The notes under the pieces: model-generated | Database searches by the model: none | Seen by the model: the letters and a program-made list of their open reading frames with translations, nothing else | What the model was told of the DNA's origin: nothing | Translations under genes and position numbers: made by a program | NCBI GenBank assembly: GCA_045540835.1 | Contig: JAZQHX010000318.1 | Coordinates: 1-38,771, forward strand | Length of the DNA: 38,771 nucleotides | Source: Acutalibacteraceae bacterium | GTDB taxonomy: Bacteria; Bacillota; Clostridia; Oscillospirales; Acutalibacteraceae | Direction: 5' to 3' | In this document: piece by piece, positions 32,264-38,771 of the stretch | How positions within the stretch are numbered: position 1 is the first letter of the stretch | How the letters are laid out: the number at the start of each line of letters is the position of its first letter

Positions 32264-33400
32264 TTGAAAAACTATGTCTATATTGATGTAGTTGATACAG
32301 CATTAGTCTGCGGTCTGGACATTAAGCCCGGAACTCTCGGAAACGAAGAGGTAGAGGCGAGATGCCCATACTGTAATGACTATAAATACCGTATGTACCT
32401 GAGCCATAAAAGAGATAACGCCGCCTTCTGGTGCCACAATTGCGGTACCGGAGGCAGCGCTGTCACCCTGTATGCTGATTTTAATCCCGAAGGCAAGCGC
32501 CTTACTCATTATGCGGCATACAAGGAGCTTTTAGCCCATCCTGATATTCGTTGTGATGAGGTGCCGATAGAGAATAAAAAATACTCTACTGGAAAAATAA
32601 GACCATTGCATGAGCGCAGTGAGATTTACCTTGAATTTCTAAAGCTTTTGGATCTTGAGGAAAGGCATTATACTAATCTTTTCAACAGAGGACTAAGCGA
32701 TGAAATGATAAAGGGTAATATGTACCGAAGCATACCTACAGATTACTTTAAACAGCAAAAGGTACTAAATGAACTCACAAAACGCTATGACCTTTCGGGA
32801 ATTCCCGGGTTTTATACCAAAAACAACAAATGGAAGATAGCAAACTGCAAGCATAGCGGTATCCTTATTCCCGTTGCCGATAAAGATAATATGATACAGG
32901 GCTTACAGATTCGTCTTGATGAGCCGCCGCCAAAGATAATCGAAATGCCTGACGGCAGTAAAGCCGAAAAGGCAGGAGACCGTTTCAGATGGTTTTCCAC
33001 AGGCGGTAATTATTATGAAAACGGAACGGGAATATCCAGTTATATTCACATAGTAGGGGACCAGAGCTCCGACACTGTGTATATAACCGAGGGCCCGATG
33101 AAAGCAGATGTAGCAAGCTATCTTTCGGGAGGTAAACTCTTTATAGGGCTTACGGGCGTACAGAATGTACGGTATTTAGCCGATGTTGTATCAACCCTTA
33201 AACCTCGGCGAATAGTGGAATGTATAGATATGGACTGTAGAACTAACCCCCATGTGCAAAGAGCACAATCTAAAATACGGTCAATATGTGCGACGCTTTG
33301 TGAAGAATATAAGCTATTCACATGGCCTATTGAACAAAAAGGAATTGATGATTACCTCTTGTTTGAAAAGCTTAAGCGTGAGCATGGATTGGCAGCTTAA
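32264..33400 (+). CDS. DnaG-type primase (CHC2 zinc finger + Toprim)
   Basis: 378 aa with an uncertain TTG start. Contains CPYC...FWCHNCGTGGSAVTLY, NLFNRGLSDEMI, Toprim Glu in ITEGPMKAD and the acidic CIDMDC. Confidence 0.7.
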   Translation: MKNYVYIDVVDTALVCGLDIKPGTLGNEEVEARCPYCNDYKYRMYLSHKRDNAAFWCHNCGTGGSAVTLYADFNPEGKRLTHYAAYKELLAHPDIRCDEVPIENKKYSTGKIRPLHERSEIYLEFLKLLDLEERHYTNLFNRGLSDEMIKGNMYRSIPTDYFKQQKVLNELTKRYDLSGIPGFYTKNNKWKIANCKHSGILIPVADKDNMIQGLQIRLDEPPPKIIEMPDGSKAEKAGDRFRWFSTGGNYYENGTGISSYIHIVGDQSSDTVYITEGPMKADVASYLSGGKLFIGLTGVQNVRYLADVVSTLKPRRIVECIDMDCRTNPHVQRAQSKIRSICATLCEEYKLFTWPIEQKGIDDYLLFEKLKREHGLAA

Positions 33401-33426
33401 ATTTGAAAACTGAAAGGACAAATAAT

Positions 33427-34404
33427 ATGAAGAATATGGAAAGCTTTATGGCTGTAAATGAGAATACCGATGGTATTATAGGTAAATTCTTCTATTACTC
33501 AACCTCTAAAATCCTGATTCGCAAGGATGAGTTTATAAATGTCGGTATGTCGTTCGGACTGCCGAAATTTAAACCCGCCAAGGAATCAAAATCCGGCGCT
33601 TACAGAAACGCCACTACGGCAATAAAAGACAGGGTAACTGTAAAGGATGCTACGGGCACCCACGTGTACCGTATTTATTGCCGAGATAACAAAAAGGAAA
33701 CGGAAAATGCAGAGCGTATTTGCAGGGAGCTTGTAAAGGAAACACTTGAGTCCCGCACCAATGAATACAAGAAGCTTGCTAACATCATATTTGATAAGCA
33801 AACCGAAACGGTTTACTTTGAAAACGAGGTTTTTGACCCCGATGTTGATGTTACAGCTTACTGTGAAAAGGCGAGGGAGCTCTTTGAGCTTTACTGTGAC
33901 TGCTACACCTCTGACCAGGTAGATGCGGTTATAACCGATATGCTTGACCGTATGCAAGCAAATGAAATAAGCATACACGGAAAGCTTTTCTTTATTCCAA
34001 ACCCCAATCTGCCGTTGCTTAACGTGCTTGAGGATTATATTGAGGCGATAAGCCAGCATAACCTCAGTGACGGTCTTGTGATGAGCAACAGTATGTTTGT
34101 TGTTGATGACGAAAAGCAGAGAAAGAAGATGACCGAAGAGTTTTATGCGAACTATAAGCGGGATATTGAATTTTACCAGAAACGCATACAAAACTTTATT
34201 GAAAACGGTTGTGATTCAAAAACGGTTATTGACCGTTGGCTTAAAAAGGTCAGCGACCTGCAGAAGAAAAAGGCTTTATATGAGGATGTGCTAAAGCAAC
34301 AGCTTGATGCACTGAACTCCGATTATGCTGTTCTTCAGATGCAGTCGCAGGAGCTTTTAGTAAGGAGCAATGGCGGACACGCACAAATGCAATTTGCAGC
34401 ATAA
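33427..34404 (+). CDS. Hypothetical protein (last gene of operon 2)
   Basis: ORF trimmed to the ATG at 33427 (RBS GAAAGGAC). 325 aa, ends QFAA. No family recognised. Confidence 0.55.
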   Translation: MKNMESFMAVNENTDGIIGKFFYYSTSKILIRKDEFINVGMSFGLPKFKPAKESKSGAYRNATTAIKDRVTVKDATGTHVYRIYCRDNKKETENAERICRELVKETLESRTNEYKKLANIIFDKQTETVYFENEVFDPDVDVTAYCEKARELFELYCDCYTSDQVDAVITDMLDRMQANEISIHGKLFFIPNPNLPLLNVLEDYIEAISQHNLSDGLVMSNSMFVVDDEKQRKKMTEEFYANYKRDIEFYQKRIQNFIENGCDSKTVIDRWLKKVSDLQKKKALYEDVLKQQLDALNSDYAVLQMQSQELLVRSNGGHAQMQFAA

Positions 34405-34444
34405 ATAAAAATTTTAAATAGCCGTAAAAACGGCATAAAACAAG

Positions 34445-34497
34445 GCACTCCAGCAGATTTTTTGGTCTGTTGGAGTGCTTTCTAATTTGTTTTTTTA
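34445..34497 (+). terminator. Intrinsic terminator ending operon 2
   Basis: 12-bp stem GCACTCCAGCAG/CTGTTGGAGTGC (one G:T) followed by a T-rich tract ending TTTTTTT. Confidence 0.65.
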
Positions 34498-34523
34498 TAA
34501 ATTGTATTAAAATTTAATAGAAA

Positions 34524-34565
34524 ACCTCTAAGCGTTTTGCTATTGTAAGCTGAAACACTTAGAGG
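34524..34565. terminator. Terminator-like hairpin downstream of the minus-strand regulator
   Basis: CCTCTAAG/CTTAGAGG stem with A-rich 5' and T-rich 3' flanks. Confidence 0.45.
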
Positions 34566-34612
34566 CTTTTCTATTTGGTTATGTACTCATAGAAAAAATA
34601 TTAAAACATATT

Positions 34613-35458
34613 TCAAAATTGTACTGATTTACGGTATTTTAATGGCGATAACCCGACATTCATTTTAAAAAATTTTATAAAGTAATTATAATTTTTTATG
34701 CCCACCATTGTACTTATTTGGGTGATGGGATAATCGGTTGTGCTAAGTAATTTTTTGGCTTCGTCAATTCTTGCGGATGCAATATACTCTCCTATCGACA
34801 TATGAAAACTGTGGTGTGAAGTTTCGTAGAGCTTGTTTTTTGAAATTCTTAATTCATCACAAAGGTGCTTAATTGAAAGTTCTTCATTTATGTGCGCACG
34901 GATATAACTATCAATTTTTGATGCTGTTGTGTTATAGCCTATCTCGATATACTCAGCAAGCCATAATGAACGTGTAGCTGTTTTTAAAATATTTGCCGCA
35001 GATATAATTTTATCTTCGTTATAAACCTCAAGCTCATTATAACTATTGAACAAACTATCGTATTGCAAATTTAATTCGCGGCTAAGAGTTTCTAAAAGCG
35101 GATTTAGTTTTGTTTTATCTGTATTGATAACCTGCCCAAACATCATATATCCTATGATTGTATCCTTGAATTTTATGGGTATTGCAGTATCTATAAGACC
35201 AGCATGACAATAATGGGTAGCTGGCTTACCTGTTTTTCCGCATTCAATACAAAGCTGTTTATCGCTTAAAAAACAGCGGCGGTTTCCTTCTGGAGAGGAT
35301 TTAATAATTCGGCAAAAACTACGCATTTTTTTTGGTTGATAACTTAGTTGCGTGAATTGCGCATTCCAAATACTGATTGTAAGACCTGTAATAAGGTAAA
35401 AATCATATAAAAGGTCATCAAGTTTTTCGATATTAAAGTTTATAAGCACAATCTTCAC
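34613..35458 (-). CDS. AraC-family regulator with N-terminal PocR sensory domain
   Basis: 281 aa. PocR-like Cys pattern (FCRIIKSSPEGNRRC...CIECGK...HYCHAGL) and a C-terminal AraC HTH. The start may instead be the GTG at 35449. Confidence 0.75.
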   Translation of the reverse strand: MKIVLINFNIEKLDDLLYDFYLITGLTISIWNAQFTQLSYQPKKMRSFCRIIKSSPEGNRRCFLSDKQLCIECGKTGKPATHYCHAGLIDTAIPIKFKDTIIGYMMFGQVINTDKTKLNPLLETLSRELNLQYDSLFNSYNELEVYNEDKIISAANILKTATRSLWLAEYIEIGYNTTASKIDSYIRAHINEELSIKHLCDELRISKNKLYETSHHSFHMSIGEYIASARIDEAKKLLSTTDYPITQISTMVGIKNYNYFIKFFKMNVGLSPLKYRKSVQF

Positions 35459-35614
35459 CTCATTTGCATTATATCAAGCAGATTAACGATTTTCAATACA
35501 AATCTTCTTATATTTTGGGAAGAAAGTGCTATTTTTTAGAAAAGTAGATACTATTATAATTTATTCGTTACAATTATGATTAGAGTGTAAATCATTGATT
35601 TGGAGGTCACTATT

Positions 35615-37009
35615 ATGAAAAAAACAACCTTCGCGCTTTATTTCGGTAACCGTGGTTTCTTCCCCGGCGAGCTTGTAGCTGCAGCCAGAGAAAAAATGGT
35701 TAAAGTTTGTGAAGAAAATGGCTACGGCTATTTAATCATGGACGAAAGCCTTACCCGTTACGGCGCAATTGAAACAATTGCTGAAGGCAAACTTTATGCA
35801 AAGTTCCTTGAAGAACACAAGGGCGAGTATGACGGTATTATTCTTTGCCTTCCCAACTTCGGAGATGAAAACGGCGCTTCTGTAGCATTTAAGGACGTAG
35901 ACATTCCTATTCTCGTTCAGGCTTGTCCTGACCATATGGACCAAATGGACTTCGCTCACCGTAGCGATACAATGGCTGGTAAAATGGCTATCTGTAACGT
36001 ATTGCGTCAGATGAAGATTAAGTACACACTTACAAAGAAATTCTGTGTTGATCCGTTGGATCCTTCTTTCAAAGAAGATTTACGTCTCTTCGCAGGTACT
36101 TGTCGTGTAGTAAGCGGTATGCGCAAGTTTAACGTTGGCGCAATCGGTGCACGTACTACTGCATTCAAGACTGTTCGTTGCGATGAAATCGCTTTCCAGA
36201 ACAAGCGTGTTAATATTGAAACTATCGATATGACCGTTGTTTTTGATTTGATGGATAAGGCCGATTTCTTAAAGATTGATGCTAAGAAGAAGGATTTACT
36301 TGCTACTGCTGATTTCTCTGCTTGGGCAGATATTAAGCTTGAAAATTTGGCTCGTCTCGGAGTTGCGATTGACCAACTTATCGAAGACTATGATTTACAG
36401 GCTATTGCTATTCGTTGCTGGAACGAATTACAGCTTCGCTACGGTATCGCTCCCTGCGTACTCTTGGGCGAACTTAACGAACGCGGTATCGCTGCGGCTT
36501 GTGAACTTGACATCACAAATGCTGTTATGATGCGCGCTATGGGTCTCGCTGCAAACTGGCCAGTAGTTCTTCTCGACGTTAACAACAACTACGAAGATGA
36601 TATGAACAAGGGTATCTTCTTCCACTGCGGACCTGCTCCTATTTCTATGATGGAAGGCAAGGGTACTATTGAACAGCACCTTATGTTCAAGAAGTCTTAC
36701 GGCGACGGCAGCGGTGTTGGTATCAACGTTGGCGAACTCATTAAGGGTGACGTTACTGTTGGTAGCTTCAAGACCGAAGACGGCGACCTTTGCGCATTCG
36801 TAACCGAAGGAAAGTTTACAAACGACAAATTGCCTGATGTATTCTTCGGTATGGGCGTTGTATTTGAAAAAGAAAACGCTAACGAAATGTTCAACTATAT
36901 GGCACGTAACGGCTATCGCCACCACGCTGCTATCACCAAGGGCAACTATGCTGAATCTGTAAGAGAAGCATTTGATAACTACCTTGGCTATAAGATTGAT
37001 TTAATCTAA
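35615..37009 (+). CDS. L-fucose/L-arabinose isomerase-family protein
   Basis: ORF trimmed to the ATG at 35615 (RBS GGAGGT). 464 aa. The N-terminal FALYFGNRGFFPGELV and overall length fit the family. Confidence 0.6.
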   Translation: MKKTTFALYFGNRGFFPGELVAAAREKMVKVCEENGYGYLIMDESLTRYGAIETIAEGKLYAKFLEEHKGEYDGIILCLPNFGDENGASVAFKDVDIPILVQACPDHMDQMDFAHRSDTMAGKMAICNVLRQMKIKYTLTKKFCVDPLDPSFKEDLRLFAGTCRVVSGMRKFNVGAIGARTTAFKTVRCDEIAFQNKRVNIETIDMTVVFDLMDKADFLKIDAKKKDLLATADFSAWADIKLENLARLGVAIDQLIEDYDLQAIAIRCWNELQLRYGIAPCVLLGELNERGIAAACELDITNAVMMRAMGLAANWPVVLLDVNNNYEDDMNKGIFFHCGPAPISMMEGKGTIEQHLMFKKSYGDGSGVGINVGELIKGDVTVGSFKTEDGDLCAFVTEGKFTNDKLPDVFFGMGVVFEKENANEMFNYMARNGYRHHAAITKGNYAESVREAFDNYLGYKIDLI

Positions 37010-37034
37010 TTACATATTTTTGAGGAGAATTAAT

Positions 37035-37916
37035 ATGTTAGTATCAATGACAGAACTTATGAAGGACGCTGAAGAAAAAGGCTATGCCGTTGGCGCATTT
37101 AACGCTGTAAGCTTTGAATCTTTAAGAGCTATTATCGCCGCTGCTGAAGAAACCGGTAAGGGTGTTATTCTTAACCATGCTGAAGTTCACTTCCCCATTA
37201 TGCCTTTAGAAGTTATCGCTCCCGTTATGGTTGATATGGCTAAAAAGGCTTCTGTTCCGGTATGTGTTCACCTTGACCACGGTCAATCACTCGAAAGCTG
37301 TATGAAGGCTATTCAATTAGGCTTTTCTTCAGTTATGCTTGATGTTTCAGGCGAAGATTATGAAGAAAACGTTGCTCAAACTGCTCTTATGTGCCGCTTG
37401 GCTCACAGCGTTGGTGTTACTGTTGAAGCTGAGCTCGGCCACATCTTCCAATCCGACATTGGCGTTGGCGAAGGTGCAGAACAAGAAACCCTCGATTCTT
37501 TTGAAAGCACTGAAGACGTTTACACAGACCCCGATTTAGCAAAAGACTTCGTTGAACGCACAGGCGTTGACGCTTTGGCTATCGCTTTCGGTACTGCTCA
37601 CGGTGTATATCAAGTTAAGCCTAAGCTTGACCTTAACCGTATTTCTATGATTAAAGAAAAAATCAACGTTCCCTTCGTAATGCATGGTGGTTCAGGTCTT
37701 ACTAAAGAAGAATTCCAGACCGCTATTCGTAACGGTATCCGTAAAATTAACTACTACACCTATATGGCACTTGCAGGCGGTAAAGCTATTAGAGAATTTA
37801 TCGAAAGCAAGCCCGAAGGCGCTAACGTATTCTATCACGACATTCCCAGTGTTGCTATGGAAGCAATGAAGGAAGACGTGAAAGAAGCAATCCGTATCTT
37901 CAGTTTAGAGGTGTAA
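37035..37916 (+). CDS. Class II fructose/tagatose-bisphosphate aldolase-family protein
   Basis: ORF trimmed to the ATG at 37035 (RBS GAGGAG). Motifs GYAVGAFN, VHLDHG, AIAFGTAHG and MHGGSG. Confidence 0.85.
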   Translation: MLVSMTELMKDAEEKGYAVGAFNAVSFESLRAIIAAAEETGKGVILNHAEVHFPIMPLEVIAPVMVDMAKKASVPVCVHLDHGQSLESCMKAIQLGFSSVMLDVSGEDYEENVAQTALMCRLAHSVGVTVEAELGHIFQSDIGVGEGAEQETLDSFESTEDVYTDPDLAKDFVERTGVDALAIAFGTAHGVYQVKPKLDLNRISMIKEKINVPFVMHGGSGLTKEEFQTAIRNGIRKINYYTYMALAGGKAIREFIESKPEGANVFYHDIPSVAMEAMKEDVKEAIRIFSLEV

Positions 37917-37920
37917 TACT

Positions 37921-38771
37921 GTGGAAAATAAGAAAACAGGTATTGCAGTTGCAGGCTCACTTATTGCCGACATATTTTACGAAATCGATACCTACCCCGA
38001 CCAAGGCTTTTTAGTATCTGTAAGGGATACAAGCCTAAACATTGGCGGTTCGGGTAATATGATTCTTGGCCTTGCAAAGTTTGACGAAAACTTAAAGGTT
38101 AAGGTTTGTGCCATTATCGGCTCTGACAAGGGCGGCAAGCATTTAGAAAAGGTGTTGGCAAACTTCCCCAATATTGATACCACCAATATCACTGTGGAAG
38201 AAAACAGCTCTATAACACACGTTATGAACGCTGCCGACACTAAACAACGCACCTTCTTTTTCGTTCCCGAAGCGAGTGATAAATTCGGTATGGATTACAT
38301 TAACTGGGATACAGTTGATGCTAAAATCTTCCAACTTGAATATTTGCTTTTAATGAAGAAGGTTGACTCGCCCGACGAAGAATACGGCACCCACGGCGCT
38401 CGTATCTTGGCTGAAGCTAAAAAACGCGGTATGATTACTTCTATCGACGTTGTGTCAGAACAAAGCGACCGCGCAAAGAACGTTGTTAAAGCTGCACTTA
38501 AATACACCGATATTTGCTGTATTAATGAATTCGAAGCCGAAGCAGTAACAGGCATCACTATGACTAAGGGCGGGGGACTCATCCCCGAAAAAGTTTTTGA
38601 GGCTATTGAGAAAATCCGCAAGTTTGGTGTTTCTAAGTGGATAGTTATCCACGCTCCTAAATGCAGTTTCGGCCTTGACTGTGTAACAGGTGAAAAAATT
38701 GCCGTTCCAAGTTTAAATTTACCGAAGGATTTTATTAAAGGTTCCACGGGTGCAGGTGATGCTTATTGCAG
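37921..38771 (+). CDS. PfkB-family carbohydrate kinase (3' end outside the window)
   Basis: Open frame from the GTG at 37921 to the window end, not in the ORF track because it has no stop. Contains NIGGSGNM and the C-terminal STGAGDAYC (GAGD) motif. Confidence 0.7.
   Translation, partial: MENKKTGIAVAGSLIADIFYEIDTYPDQGFLVSVRDTSLNIGGSGNMILGLAKFDENLKVKVCAIIGSDKGGKHLEKVLANFPNIDTTNITVEENSSITHVMNAADTKQRTFFFVPEASDKFGMDYINWDTVDAKIFQLEYLLLMKKVDSPDEEYGTHGARILAEAKKRGMITSIDVVSEQSDRAKNVVKAALKYTDICCINEFEAEAVTGITMTKGGGLIPEKVFEAIEKIRKFGVSKWIVIHAPKCSFGLDCVTGEKIAVPSLNLPKDFIKGSTGAGDAYC

Larger units (their letters stand above)
8330..34510. mobile_element. ~26 kb integrative element (large-serine-recombinase type) inserted next to tRNA-Pro; ends approximate
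   Basis: A recombinase sits at the left edge. 29 densely packed ORFs unrelated to sugar metabolism interrupt two host carbohydrate loci. Host terminators lie at 8258-8305 and 34524-34565. A similar TTTGTTTTT..AATTGTAT motif occurs at both edges. Confidence 0.7.

Noticed and set aside
30446-33400. ABC ATPase followed by a Toprim protein read as an OLD/Gabija/PARIS-like defence pair
   Set aside because: The Toprim protein has a DnaG-type CHC2 zinc finger and the RGL linker motif typical of primases. The ATPase has a long coiled coil with a CxxC hook typical of Rad50/SbcC. The defence reading cannot be fully excluded without profile searches.
33586-34191. 201-aa minus-strand ORF inside the last operon gene
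   Set aside because: It has no RBS and an odd composition. It lies entirely within a plus-strand ORF that continues the operon with a proper RBS.
8330-34510. Prophage or ICE interpretation of the element
   Set aside because: No terminase, portal, capsid, tail, holin/endolysin, relaxase, coupling ATPase or VirB4-like genes were recognised. Size and gene content do not fit either class. This is motif reading only, not an HMM search.
36428-36925. 165-aa minus-strand ORF within the fucose-isomerase-family gene, and similar antisense ORFs at 38295-38747, 1477-1701, 3402-3839 and 5139-6257
   Set aside because: All are embedded antisense or out-of-frame within ORFs that carry recognisable family motifs.
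1-38771. CRISPR arrays, rRNA genes, IS elements with terminal inverted repeats, reverse transcriptase/retron/DGR features
   Set aside because: No regularly spaced direct repeats, rRNA-like sequence, transposase or RT motifs were seen on either strand.

Overview
The window looks like a low-GC Firmicutes (Clostridia-type) chromosome, judged from AGGAGG-type RBSs, consensus sigma-A promoters, AraC-regulated sugar genes and HPr. Positions 1-8100 and 34600-38771 are ordinary carbohydrate-utilisation loci. Between them, just downstream of a tRNA-Pro(GGG) gene, lies a ~26 kb integrated element (about 8330-34510). Its left end has a large serine recombinase, a TnpW-like mini-ORF, a type-I toxin/antisense-RNA module and a zinc-ribbon mini-protein. 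The rest is two long plus-strand operons (11777-20612 and 21076-34404). Each operon starts from a consensus promoter followed by the same ~105-nt structured leader and two tandem intrinsic terminators. Operon 1 encodes an SF2 helicase with an embedded zinc ribbon, a beta-clamp homolog, a RavA-like AAA+ ATPase, SSB and a ViaA-like VWA protein. Operon 2 encodes a JAB/JAMM metallopeptidase, a ThiF/E1-like adenylyltransferase, small unknown proteins, a radical SAM enzyme, an N6-adenine methyltransferase and a sigma-like protein. It also encodes a possible E2-like protein, a Rad52-type annealase, a Rad50/SbcC-type zinc-hook ATPase and a DnaG-type primase. I recognised no capsid, terminase, tail, lysis, relaxase, T4SS, Rep-initiator or DNA-polymerase gene. 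The most unusual signals are: (i) the JAB-E1 cassette has no Gly-Gly ubiquitin-like partner; (ii) 8 of the 25 operon proteins end in Ala-Ala, against 0 of 11 complete flanking host ORFs; (iii) the promoter-leader-double-terminator module is duplicated. All functional calls rest on motifs read by eye, and no database search was possible.
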